Origin: an archaeon
GTDB taxonomy: Archaea > Nanobdellota > Nanobdellia > Pacearchaeales > GW2011-AR1
NCBI GenBank assembly: GCA_030620045.1
Contig: JAUXAD010000002.1
Span: 1-55,201 of the forward strand
Direction: 5' to 3'
Length of the DNA stretch: 55,201 nt
Below are positions 8,690 to 18,430 of this stretch, in pieces (positions within the stretch are counted from its first letter, which is position 1; every line of letters starts with the position of its first letter). The notes below the pieces were generated by a model. The model worked only from the letters and a program-made list of their open reading frames with translations. It did not search any database and was not told where the DNA came from. Both the position numbers and the translations under genes were made by a program.

Positions 8690-10936
8690 ATGATTAAAAA
8701 GAGGTTTAACCAAGTTTTATTATTACTAGTATTTATTTTTATAATTGTATTAACTGGAACAGTAAGTGCAGTAACTTACAATTGTACAGATTGCACAAAT
8801 TGTACAAATACAATTGGAAATGCAAGTGCAGGAGATATAGTTCGATTAAACGAATCTATTGCTGATGCTAGTGCAACTTGTATACAGTTTGATGGAAAAG
8901 ATGATATAACTTTTGATTGTTTAGGAAATACAATAGGAGGTGATGTTGCATTTCATATGGATTATGGAATTCGTTTACTTAATACTAATGGCGGTTCTAA
9001 TGCAAACAACATAACGAATTGCAATGTAACTGGATTTTTCTATGGTATTCAGTTATATAGTTCAGATAATAATATTATTACTAACAGTACTTTCAGTGGA
9101 AATAGTTATGGAATTCACCTTAATATGGGGACTGATAATAGTATATTTGCTAATATAACTTCCAATAATAATGCACTTAATGGCTTGTATCTTATACAGT
9201 CGAAGAACAATTCTTTCACAAATATTACAATTAAGGAAAATATACAATATGATTTATATCTCTCTGGCATAGATGTTTGCCAAAATAATTTTAGTAATAT
9301 TCAAGGTTCTGGAGATAGAGATATAGAATTCTATAACTATACTACAACAATTGAACACAAGACGGTTTCTCAACTTGTACTTTGTGAGGCAGACGGTTCT
9401 ACTATTAATAACGTTACCATAGTTGGTTCGGATACACTGGGGAATAATGCGTTATATTCATATAAAACAGACAATTTGATTATTTCAAATATCAACTCTT
9501 CTGACAATTATGATGGTATTAGGCTGAGTGACGGCGATAACAATACATTAATCAATATTACTCTAAATAACAATGCCTATATTGGACTATATCTTGAACG
9601 GACACATAACAATAGTATAACAAATCTAACAGCAAATGATAATACTCAACAAGGAATTTATGTGTATAGTTCAATTAACAATACTTTCATTAATGGCACA
9701 GCAAATAGGAACAAAGATGGTATTAAGTTTGATTTTGATTCACAAAACAACACAGTAAGTAACTTTTATTTGGAAGGCAACAGTGTTTATGGCATATATT
9801 TCTTAGATTCTGGAGAAAACAAACCAGAGTATAATCTTCTTTACAACAATGTCTTTAACAATACAGATAATTATCATAATTCTACAGTTTTAACAAATTA
9901 TTTCAACACAACTGAAACAGTAGGAACAAATATTATAGGTGGTCCTACTATCGGAGGGAATTATTGGACTAATAGTTCAGGAACAGGATTTTCAGATACA
10001 TGTACAGAAACAAATGGTGATGGTATTTGTGATTCTACTTATAGTTTAGATGGCTTGAATTATGATTATCTTCCTCTCACTAATCCTGTATGTGTAGAAT
10101 CTTGGACTTATTCTGCATGGTCTACTTGCACAACAAGCACACAAACAAGGACAGCTACAGATGCCAATTCCTGTGGAACAACAACAGATAGATTAGCTTT
10201 GTCTCAAACATGTACTGTAGAACCTGGGGGAGGTGGAGGAGTAACTTCTGGGCAGCCAACAGAATCACATTCATGGACAGAGATAATACCCGATGAACCA
10301 GCAGAAATGATTATAACTGATCCAGAGATAGATTTAACAACAATAACAATCACAACAACTGAAATTGTTTTAGATGCATCATTGACAGTAACTGCAATTG
10401 ATGTTCTTCCACAGGCAGATATAGAAATAGGTCTTGTTTCAGGAAGTTCATATCAATCATTTAAGATAGAAACAACGGGAATAACTGATGAAAATATAGA
10501 AGAAGCAGTAATAGAATTTAAAGTGGAAAAGTCCTGGGTTGAGGGAGAAGAAGGAATTGCTGAGGATATTTCTCTTTATAGGAAACAGGATAAAGGTAAT
10601 CAATGGGATGTTTTAAGCACAACTTTTGTAAGTGAAGATGAAAATTATTATTACTTTTCTGCAACTTCTCCTGGTTTTTCAATATTTGTGGTGGTAATAG
10701 ATTTATCAGTTTGCAACAATAATGATGTTTGTGAAACTGAAAATGGTGAAGATGAATCAAATTGTCCGAATGATTGTGTATCTGAGAAAAAGGGATTTTT
10801 TGAAATGATTAAATCTTATTTATGGACTGGGATAATATTTGTTTTAGTTATAGCCATTGGTTTAGTAATCATGGTTCTTAGAGGGAAAGAAAGTAAAAGA
10901 TTGAAGCAGATGATGGAATACAAAAGAAAGAAGTGA
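8690..10936 (+). CDS. secreted parallel beta-helix (PbH1/NosD-like) surface protein with C-terminal anchor
   Basis: Signal/TM at the N-terminus. Many N-x-[IL]-x-N-[ST] beta-helix repeats. A PGF-like motif (SPGFSIFVV), a Cys-rich CNNNDVCETENGEDESNCPNDC block and a C-terminal TM helix. Confidence 0.7.
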   Translation: MIKKRFNQVLLLLVFIFIIVLTGTVSAVTYNCTDCTNCTNTIGNASAGDIVRLNESIADASATCIQFDGKDDITFDCLGNTIGGDVAFHMDYGIRLLNTNGGSNANNITNCNVTGFFYGIQLYSSDNNIITNSTFSGNSYGIHLNMGTDNSIFANITSNNNALNGLYLIQSKNNSFTNITIKENIQYDLYLSGIDVCQNNFSNIQGSGDRDIEFYNYTTTIEHKTVSQLVLCEADGSTINNVTIVGSDTLGNNALYSYKTDNLIISNINSSDNYDGIRLSDGDNNTLINITLNNNAYIGLYLERTHNNSITNLTANDNTQQGIYVYSSINNTFINGTANRNKDGIKFDFDSQNNTVSNFYLEGNSVYGIYFLDSGENKPEYNLLYNNVFNNTDNYHNSTVLTNYFNTTETVGTNIIGGPTIGGNYWTNSSGTGFSDTCTETNGDGICDSTYSLDGLNYDYLPLTNPVCVESWTYSAWSTCTTSTQTRTATDANSCGTTTDRLALSQTCTVEPGGGGGVTSGQPTESHSWTEIIPDEPAEMIITDPEIDLTTITITTTEIVLDASLTVTAIDVLPQADIEIGLVSGSSYQSFKIETTGITDENIEEAVIEFKVEKSWVEGEEGIAEDISLYRKQDKGNQWDVLSTTFVSEDENYYYFSATSPGFSIFVVVIDLSVCNNNDVCETENGEDESNCPNDCVSEKKGFFEMIKSYLWTGIIFVLVIAIGLVIMVLRGKESKRLKQMMEYKRKK

Positions 10937-10956
10937 TTTTAAGAAGTTGAAATAAA

Positions 10957-11292
10957 CTATCTTTTTTTATGTTGAAAATAAGAAATAAGTGCAATTATAA
11001 TCGCTATCGGCAGAGAAAATATTAGGGCAAAAATTATTAATAAAAAAATTCTTGTAATATCTATTTTCCCACCAAATAATGTTAGCATAAAACTCCCTAA
11101 AAGACCTAATATAAACCATACTACCCAGGAGATAGTTAATACTTTTAATCCAAGTTTTAGCCAAACAGGTCTTTTTTCCCACCACTTTTTCTTATCAAGT
11201 TTCTTAAAAACTAAACAAATAATAATTATTGGGGCTGCAAAGCTTAAGCAAATGATTAATCCTAAAGATAATTTAACTAGAATGTCTTCCAT
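10957..11292 (-). CDS. small membrane protein
   Basis: 111 aa, three hydrophobic helices. Confidence 0.45.
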   Translation of the reverse strand: MEDILVKLSLGLIICLSFAAPIIIICLVFKKLDKKKWWEKRPVWLKLGLKVLTISWVVWFILGLLGSFMLTLFGGKIDITRIFLLIIFALIFSLPIAIIIALISYFQHKKR

Positions 11293-11380
11293 AACTTATA
11301 TAGCAAAATATACTTTAAAAGTATTTCTCAAAATTATTTACTATAATAATCCTTATTAATTCTTTATTACTGTATAAAAG

Positions 11381-12112
11381 ATGACTCAGAATAAAATATC
11401 TACAGGAAGTTATGATTTTAATAAATGGCTCTTTGGAGGTTATGAAAAAGAGATTATAACAATGATTGCAGGGCCTCCTGGAAGCGGGAAGACGAATTTT
11501 TGCATTTTAGCTTCTTGCAGTCAGGCAAAAAAAGGAAACAAAATTATTTTTGTTGATACAGAGGGAGGATTTTCTGTTGATAGAGTTAAGCAGATTGTTG
11601 GAGAAACCTATGAAGATATTTTAAAAAATATTTTATTATTAAAACCAACAAATTTTGAAGAGCAGAAAAAGGATTTTGATAAATTATTGAAAACTTTAAA
11701 AAAAGAGCAAGTTGGGTTAGTTATTATTGATGGAATGGCTATGCTTTATAGATTAGAATTAGGAGAAGCGAATGAATCAAAAGATGATAGTAGAATTAGG
11801 GAAGTAAATCGTGAAGGTGCTAAACAGATGAGGGCTCTTGCAGAGATATCCCGGAAGCAGAAAATTCCTATTATTATTACTAATCAAGTTTATGGGGGAT
11901 TTGTTTCTGAGGAAGATTGGAGGAAAGGTGTAAAAGGTGAAGTGAATATTGTTGGAGGGGATTTATTTCAGTATTGGAGCAAATGTATAATTGAATTGAA
12001 AAATGAGGGAGGCAAGAAAAGAGCTGTTTTGCTGAAGCATAGAAGTCTTCCACGAAAGGAAATGAGTTTTGTTATAAAAGAAAAAGGAATATTTCAAAAA
12101 GGATGGTTGTAA
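11381..12112 (+). CDS. radB: DNA repair and recombination protein RadB
   Basis: Walker A GPPGSGKTNF, Walker B LVIIDG. The size (243 aa) and RadA-paralog layout without an N-terminal domain fit RadB. Confidence 0.85.
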   Translation: MTQNKISTGSYDFNKWLFGGYEKEIITMIAGPPGSGKTNFCILASCSQAKKGNKIIFVDTEGGFSVDRVKQIVGETYEDILKNILLLKPTNFEEQKKDFDKLLKTLKKEQVGLVIIDGMAMLYRLELGEANESKDDSRIREVNREGAKQMRALAEISRKQKIPIIITNQVYGGFVSEEDWRKGVKGEVNIVGGDLFQYWSKCIIELKNEGGKKRAVLLKHRSLPRKEMSFVIKEKGIFQKGWL

Positions 12113-12231
12113 TGAAATATTCCTTGCGAAGAATCTACACAGTAATTCTTCGGAAGAACTTTTTAAGAGGAGTTGGATTTAGTTTTTTGCATCACAATAA
12201 TATTTATATATATTTTTAAAATTTAGATTTT

Positions 12232-12927
12232 ATGGTAAAAAAAGGTAAATCGCAAACTTTGGAAGAGATAGCATCTAAATATCAAATTGTTTTAATGGAT
12301 AGTTCTGTTTTAATTCATTATCTTGGAGGTGAGCAATACAAATCCTTTTTTTCTTTTGAAAAAAAGGGAATTGCGCTTGAAGAAGAGCATCAGTGTAGAA
12401 TTATGTTGATGGATTACCTTAATAAAAAAGGACTTCCTTGTTTTATTACCTCTTCTGTTTTAGAAGAATTTCAAGCAGGAGATAATTATCCTTATAAAAA
12501 AATGATTAAAAGAGACAGTTCTTATAAAAATGCGAGATTAATTCCAAAAGCTGGTTCTGATAAAGCTAGGAAATTATTAAAATTACGTAGAAAAATAAAA
12601 GATGCACAAAAAGGAAGGAGAAAGTTAATTAATACATTTCAGGAGAATAATAGGGTTCTTGAGTTAAATGAGAGTGAACATAATCTGTATAATATTTTTG
12701 ATAAAACATATTCTGGGCTTTTATCTTATTATGGTTTAAGCAAAGTTGATTTTGATTTTTTACTTTCTGGAGCAGTTACATCAAAAATACGAGAATCTTC
12801 TGCTTTGATTTCTAATGATTTTGGACTTGTTCGTGCATGGAATTATATTCGGAAAAAAGAAAAAATTAGTTCTGAACAGTTTGGATTTGTTATTAGAACA
12901 GGATTAGATGATTTTGAGATATTGTAA
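12232..12927 (+). CDS. hypothetical protein, possibly PIN-like nuclease fold
   Basis: Spaced acidic positions (LMDSSVL, SSVLEEF, DFDFL, SND) resemble a PIN domain. The call is tentative. Confidence 0.4.
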   Translation: MVKKGKSQTLEEIASKYQIVLMDSSVLIHYLGGEQYKSFFSFEKKGIALEEEHQCRIMLMDYLNKKGLPCFITSSVLEEFQAGDNYPYKKMIKRDSSYKNARLIPKAGSDKARKLLKLRRKIKDAQKGRRKLINTFQENNRVLELNESEHNLYNIFDKTYSGLLSYYGLSKVDFDFLLSGAVTSKIRESSALISNDFGLVRAWNYIRKKEKISSEQFGFVIRTGLDDFEIL

Positions 12928-12974
12928 TAATTTTTTTCATAAAAAAATATAAACTTCCCCTCCTTTTATTTTTC

Positions 12975-14177
12975 ATGGAAAATATAAAATTTGAAGTTAT
13001 AAAAAAAATAGCCGAGACTAATTTTAAATTCAGAGAATTAAAAAATATTTCAAAGCTGGATAGTAATTCTCCTCCGAGTGTATTTATCGGAAGCAAATTA
13101 AGATACCCTTTAGTTAATGTTGGAATTTTAAGTCCATTAGAGAGAGATGAAGATGCATGGGTTTATGATGATGAAAAATATTGGGCAGATAATAATTTTG
13201 AGATAAATGATGTTATTAGACTTAGGGATAGTTTATTGAATTCAAGGTTTCAATCTAAGGTTCAAGATTCAAGATTAAATAAAAAGTTTATACAAATTGC
13301 CCAGGAAATTGCTGTGGCTTCCAAGCCTGTTGATATTGAAATTGAATTAAAAAGAAGATTAAATTTGGGAAGAAAAAAAGATAGAGTGGTCACTCCTCAT
13401 GGGATGAGAGCACCTTTAGACAAGGCAAAAATCACAAGTAATGTAAAAATTCACAGAAAAGTTGATAAGGTTATGAATGATGAGATAAAGGCTTCTGAAG
13501 GGATTGAATATTTGTATAAAAATGATTTTAATGAATATACTTTAAATAAAATCTTAAGTGTTGGGGTTTTGGGTTTAAAGAAAAATAAAAGGCTTGTCCC
13601 AACTCGTTGGTCTATAACAGCAACAGATGACACAATCGGAAAGAATTTATTAAAGCAGATTAGAGATTATAAATGGATTGAAGATTATGAATTATTTTTT
13701 GGAGAATTTATGGGAAATCAATATATTATTTTCTTGTTTCCAAATGTTTGGAGTTATGAGCTTTTTGAAATTTATTTTCCTGGTTCTTCTTGGAATCCTT
13801 CTCAGGAAATAAAAGCATCAACAGATTTTGAAAGTTATGAAGGGAGAAAAAACTATGCTTCTAATACTGTTGGAGGATATTATGCTGCGCGTCTGCCAAT
13901 TTTAGAATATTTAAATAATGTAAAAAGGCAGGCATCTGTTTTAGCAATAAGACTTGAAACTCCGAGTTATTGGGCTGCTCTTGGTGTTTGGGTTGTTAGA
14001 GAAAGTGTTAGAAAGGCTTTAAAGAAGAAGATGGAATTTGCAAGTAAAGAAGAATTAATTGATGGTGCTAAGAAAATCTCAAAGATAAAATATGGTTTTG
14101 ATTGTTCACAGATTTTGCAGAAGAGTAGATTGTTGGAGATGATTAGGACTCAGAAAAATTTGGTAGAGTGGTTTTAG
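12975..14177 (+). CDS. nreA: Nre-family (DUF650/DUF651) DNA repair protein
   Basis: PPSVFIGSKLRYPLVNVGILSP N-terminal pattern, size about 400 aa, and a C-terminal PIP box QKNLVEWF directly before the stop. Confidence 0.6.
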   Translation: MENIKFEVIKKIAETNFKFRELKNISKLDSNSPPSVFIGSKLRYPLVNVGILSPLERDEDAWVYDDEKYWADNNFEINDVIRLRDSLLNSRFQSKVQDSRLNKKFIQIAQEIAVASKPVDIEIELKRRLNLGRKKDRVVTPHGMRAPLDKAKITSNVKIHRKVDKVMNDEIKASEGIEYLYKNDFNEYTLNKILSVGVLGLKKNKRLVPTRWSITATDDTIGKNLLKQIRDYKWIEDYELFFGEFMGNQYIIFLFPNVWSYELFEIYFPGSSWNPSQEIKASTDFESYEGRKNYASNTVGGYYAARLPILEYLNNVKRQASVLAIRLETPSYWAALGVWVVRESVRKALKKKMEFASKEELIDGAKKISKIKYGFDCSQILQKSRLLEMIRTQKNLVEWF

Positions 14178-14183
14178 GCATTA

Positions 14184-14426
14184 TTATGCTTCAGAGAGAA
14201 TTTTAATAACTTCTTCAATTCCTCCCTTGTATTTTAATAAAACTTCTTTTGAAGCATATTTATATTTCCAAGGTTCTCCATAAATAAGGCGAGCATCTCC
14301 GATTAATGAGCGTGGGTCAAGTGCACCTCTTTGAACTAATACATCTACAGTCATTGCAAGAATATCTGCATATTGTAGTCTTAACGAAAGTTCTTGCACT
14401 TCATTTCTTAATTCTTTTTCACCCAT
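14184..14426 (-). CDS. hypothetical protein (80 aa)
   Basis: ORF packed between nreA and topA. No motif recognised. Confidence 0.4.
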   Translation of the reverse strand: MGEKELRNEVQELSLRLQYADILAMTVDVLVQRGALDPRSLIGDARLIYGEPWKYKYASKEVLLKYKGGIEEVIKILSEA

Positions 14427-14450
14427 TTTTTTAGTATGGATAATTAGTTT

Positions 14451-16802
14451 TTAAGAATTATTATCCTTCATCTCCTGTTTCTTCTGATACTCCTCAATTC
14501 TCTTCTTGTTTGTTTCACATTCTCTATTAAAACAAAAGAACCAAGGTTTTCTTCGTGCTTTTAAGCACATTAACATCGGGAAACCACATGCTTCACAAAC
14601 TTTGTCTGTTTTTTTGATTGTGCCGTTTGGAGGCAGAGAATATGTTGTTTTACAATCAGGATAAGCATTGCATGCAATAAAGTGTCTTTTAGTTTTTCTG
14701 GAATAAGTAATCGCAAGGTTGCCTTTTTCACAAACAGGGCATTTGTTCAAAGTGTTTTCTCTTTTTTGCTCTTCTCTTAAATCAAGATTTGCCTGTAAAA
14801 GTTCTTTTCCTATTTCTTTTTCATTTTTCTCAAAGTCCTTGGAGATTTTAGTTATAGCTTTTTTTGCTGAATTAATAATTTTTTTCTTTTTATCTTCAAA
14901 TCCTTTTTTTGATTTTATTATCCCCTCCATTTTTTCCTCTAAATTTCTTGTAAGTTTTTCATCAATTATTATCTGAGAATATTTCTCTAAAGTATTAATT
15001 AAAGAAATCCCCAAGGGTGTTGCTTCTATGCTTTTATTTTTGATATATCCTCGGTCATAAAGTGTTTCAAGAATTGTGGCTCTTGTAGCTTTTGTTCCTA
15101 AATTTCTTTTTTCAAGTTGAGAAAGGATTGAAGCAGGAGAAAATCTTTTTGGCGGTTGAGTTGTTTTTTGTTCGGTTTTCAAATCTATTATTTTTACTTC
15201 TCCTTCTAAATCTGGAATTTCATTTTCTTTTAATTTAGATGGATAAATTTCCATCCATGCTTTTTTTCTTATTTGCAAGCCTTTTACAGAGAAGGTAAGG
15301 ACACCAAGGTTTCCTTGACCATCAACTTTCCTATTAGATGCTACTGTTGCTGAAATTTTTTTGTTGTCAATTATTGCATTATCACAGAAAAGAGAAAGGA
15401 ATCTTTTTACAATTAAATTATAAATTCGTTCGTCGTTTCCGGATAATATCTGAAAATTTCCTGTCGGATAAATTGACGGATGAGCAGGGTCAGACTTTTT
15501 TCCTTCAACTGGATTTTTTCTTGCAATTAATTTTTCTACATTATATTTTTTTGCAAGTTTTTTTAAAATTGTTTGATAATTTATTGAAGCAGGAAGTTTC
15601 TGGCTGGATGTTCTTGGATAAGAAATTAGTCCTGATAAATATAGGGACTGGGCTGTTCTTAATGTATTTGATGGAGTTATTCCATAGAATTTATACGCTT
15701 CTATTTGCAAATTAGTTAAATTAAATGGAAGGGGAGGAGACAAAATTTGTTCTGTTTTTTCTGTTTGTGCTTGTGCTGTTTTTCCGATTAATCCTTCAAA
15801 TTTTTTTAAGTCTGATTTATTAAAAATATTTTTGCTGTGCTGTAATTCAAGTTTGTGAGAATTTTTGACTGTAATGAAAACTTGCCAATAGGGTTTTGAT
15901 TGAAATGACTGGATTTTTCTTTCTTTATTAACTATTAAATTTAATGCTGGACCTTGGACTCTCCCAATTGACATTATTCTAAATTTTCCAGTTGTTTTTA
16001 TTGAATTCATTAACGCCCTTGATAAATTTATTCCATAAAACCAATCTAAATAATGCCGTGTTTCTCCTGCAATTGCTTGCCCCCAACTAATGTGGGAGGA
16101 TTTTTTATCATATGCGTTGTTTAGTTCTGATGTTGTTAAAGTAGAGAATTTCATTCTATTTGCATCTTTTTGCCCACAAATAAATCTAACAACATTTAAT
16201 CCAATGACTTCTCCTTCAATATCAAAATCTGTTGCTACTGTCAAACTTCCTGCATTTTTTGCAAGTTTTAATAATGTGTCATAATATCTTTTTGTAAAAT
16301 CTTTTTTTCTTGCAAGATAATTTGGAATCCAGCTTATATCAAAAATAGGAACCTTTGAACCAGAAACATTTTGCTTTAAGGTGAATAAATGTCCAACAGC
16401 ACAGGCAACAATTATTTTTTCTCCTTGCTTGTCAACTTCATAATAAGGAATTCTGTTTATGTCTTTCTGAACGGCTTTGCCAAGGGCATTAGCAATTTTT
16501 AATGCAGCTTGTGGTTTTTCTGTTATGATTAATTCATAACCATTATCTTTTAAATTAATTTTTGGAGGAGAGTATGATACTTTTTTTGTAGTTTTTATCT
16601 TTTTCTTGGTTTTTTCCACCACTTCTAAAGATTTTCTATTAGGTTTGCTGTATTCTTTTTCAATTGACTTTTTTGTAATATCTTGTTTTGGAGCAAAGTC
16701 TTTTACCTTTTTTTCAGTTGTGTATTTCAAATCGCTTTTATCAACAGGAAAATAACTTTCAGCTATTTTTTCTTCCTTGGACTTTTTAGATTTTTGAGGC
16801 AT
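14451..16802 (-). CDS. topA: DNA topoisomerase IA
   Basis: TOPRIM (LIITEKPQAA, DFDIEGEVIG), active-site region ISYPRTSS, C-terminal CxxC zinc ribbons. Lys-rich N-terminal extension of about 85 aa. Confidence 0.92.
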   Translation of the reverse strand: MPQKSKKSKEEKIAESYFPVDKSDLKYTTEKKVKDFAPKQDITKKSIEKEYSKPNRKSLEVVEKTKKKIKTTKKVSYSPPKINLKDNGYELIITEKPQAALKIANALGKAVQKDINRIPYYEVDKQGEKIIVACAVGHLFTLKQNVSGSKVPIFDISWIPNYLARKKDFTKRYYDTLLKLAKNAGSLTVATDFDIEGEVIGLNVVRFICGQKDANRMKFSTLTTSELNNAYDKKSSHISWGQAIAGETRHYLDWFYGINLSRALMNSIKTTGKFRIMSIGRVQGPALNLIVNKERKIQSFQSKPYWQVFITVKNSHKLELQHSKNIFNKSDLKKFEGLIGKTAQAQTEKTEQILSPPLPFNLTNLQIEAYKFYGITPSNTLRTAQSLYLSGLISYPRTSSQKLPASINYQTILKKLAKKYNVEKLIARKNPVEGKKSDPAHPSIYPTGNFQILSGNDERIYNLIVKRFLSLFCDNAIIDNKKISATVASNRKVDGQGNLGVLTFSVKGLQIRKKAWMEIYPSKLKENEIPDLEGEVKIIDLKTEQKTTQPPKRFSPASILSQLEKRNLGTKATRATILETLYDRGYIKNKSIEATPLGISLINTLEKYSQIIIDEKLTRNLEEKMEGIIKSKKGFEDKKKKIINSAKKAITKISKDFEKNEKEIGKELLQANLDLREEQKRENTLNKCPVCEKGNLAITYSRKTKRHFIACNAYPDCKTTYSLPPNGTIKKTDKVCEACGFPMLMCLKARRKPWFFCFNRECETNKKRIEEYQKKQEMKDNNS

Positions 16803-16840
16803 ATTTATTAAGAAGTGTGTGGGTTTTTATAGGTTTTTGA

Positions 16841-17461
16841 TTAAATCTCAAAAATCTTTTCTTTTCTGCTGACATTGATTACTTTTGTTTTTCCAATTTT
16901 TTCTTCTATTCCTGCAGCTTCATGGATATGAGAACAAATAGCAATATCTGGATGAAATTCTTTTATTGCTTTCTCTACTGCCTTTGAACCTTTAAATCCT
17001 GAAAATTCTGCTTTACTTCCTTTAGGATGCATGTGTGTAACCATAATTTTCTTCTTTAAATCTTTGACTCTTTCATTTCCTTTTTTTAATAAATTAAAAA
17101 CTTCTGAGTCTTTTATTTGATTAAGTCCAACATCTCCGGCTCCTGCTCCAAATATTCCTAAATCATTTTTTATAAAAGAGTATCCGTGGATGTTTTTTGT
17201 TTTAGGATACATTTCTGCTAAAAAGTCCACTGTTGCAATAGATTCATGATTTCCCGGGATCAATAAAACTTGTTTTTTAGCTTTTACAAAAGGTCCTATA
17301 ATGTTTTTGATTGATTGTTCAGCAAAAGTTAAATCTCCTGCTAAAATTACTAAATCAACATCTTCTTCTTTTGCTTTTTTAGCCAATCTTTTTACTAACC
17401 CTGTATCTCCATGAATATCTCCTACTGCTAGTATTTTTGATTTTTTATTTGATTTCTGCAT
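16841..17461 (-). CDS. calcineurin-like metallophosphoesterase
   Basis: GDIHGD, AGDL, GNHE and HMHP/SHIH motifs in order. Confidence 0.8.
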   Translation of the reverse strand: MQKSNKKSKILAVGDIHGDTGLVKRLAKKAKEEDVDLVILAGDLTFAEQSIKNIIGPFVKAKKQVLLIPGNHESIATVDFLAEMYPKTKNIHGYSFIKNDLGIFGAGAGDVGLNQIKDSEVFNLLKKGNERVKDLKKKIMVTHMHPKGSKAEFSGFKGSKAVEKAIKEFHPDIAICSHIHEAAGIEEKIGKTKVINVSRKEKIFEI

Positions 17462-17492
17462 AGAATTAGATATTATGAAAGGTTAATAAGTT

Positions 17493-17711
17493 TTACTTAG
17501 GCAATAGTTTATCATTAACTCTTTCTACTTTACTTGTAATATCTATTAATTTTCCATCTTCATCGCGATGTTCTGTATAAATAATTCTAGCTATAAGTTT
17601 ACATCCTGATTTGTCTTGAGAAGGCATTCTTTGCTGTGGATGCATTAATTCTTCATAAGTCTTTCCAATAAATCTTTCAAATTGTCTTGTTGCCCTATAT
17701 GGATCAATCAT
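17493..17711 (-). CDS. hypothetical protein (72 aa)
   Basis: ATG ORF with normal composition. No motif. Confidence 0.4.
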   Translation of the reverse strand: MIDPYRATRQFERFIGKTYEELMHPQQRMPSQDKSGCKLIARIIYTEHRDEDGKLIDITSKVERVNDKLLPK

Positions 17712-17860
17712 AATCTTTTTACATTAATAGAATATTTATACTTTTTTATTTCCATAAAAATCTTAGAATTCACTCATGTATGGGGATGAATATATATTTC
17801 CCAAAAGATTTATAAGGAACATACTATCTGGGATATATAGATTAAAATACATACATCAAG

Positions 17861-18127
17861 ATGAAAGATAATTTTGACATCTTTTTTAGAAGAAAGCCGG
17901 CTCTTATGTTGGTCTCTTTGAAGAAGAATACAAGGATGAGGTATGGTAGTCTTTTGGCTAAAGAAGTAGATTGTACATATAGCCACGCAGTAAAGATTCT
18001 GCAAACTTTAGAAGCATTGAAGTTAGTTGTATTTGAGAAAAAGGGGCGAATAAAAATTATACAATTGACCAAGAAAGGTAGAGAAATTGCAGAGGCTATT
18101 GACAATATACAAACTTTAATTAGATGA
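17861..18127 (+). CDS. winged-helix transcriptional regulator
   Basis: RYGSLLAKEVDCTYSHAVKILQTLEALKLVVFEKKGRIKIIQLTKKG is a typical wHTH (ArsR/TrmB-like). The overlapping antisense ORFs are rejected. Confidence 0.55.
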   Translation: MKDNFDIFFRRKPALMLVSLKKNTRMRYGSLLAKEVDCTYSHAVKILQTLEALKLVVFEKKGRIKIIQLTKKGREIAEAIDNIQTLIR

Positions 18128-18205
18128 TTTGATTTGTAAAATACTATCGCCCCAGAATAAGTTTTAGTAATTGGAATTGTTTAAACTAGTTTAGGGGTTT
18201 TTGAA

Positions 18206-18403
18206 ATGGTCTTACAATATAAATCAAAAAAAGGAGGCAGATGGAAAAAATATCCTGGAAAGGATAAGATTAAAGGTTCTGTTAAGAATTATTATTTTAG
18301 ATTATTAAATGAGAATAAAACTAAAGTTTTAGCAGAAAAAGGAAGTTACAGTAAAGTTATGAAAAGATTTAGGCAGATTGAGTTTTTTAAGAGGAGGAAA
18401 TAA
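18206..18403 (+). CDS. small basic hypothetical protein (65 aa)
   Basis: ORF only, Lys/Arg-rich. Confidence 0.3.
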   Translation: MVLQYKSKKGGRWKKYPGKDKIKGSVKNYYFRLLNENKTKVLAEKGSYSKVMKRFRQIEFFKRRK

Positions 18404-18430
18404 AAAATGCCAACTAAAACTAAAAATATT

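Noticed and set aside
14719-16284. Several plus-strand ORFs (14719-14976, 15338-15715, 16090-16284) inside topA, and similar antisense ORFs inside other large genes
   Set aside because: All are shadow ORFs within strongly supported genes on the opposite strand. Their Phe/Leu/Ser-rich composition comes from reading Lys/Glu-rich genes in antisense.
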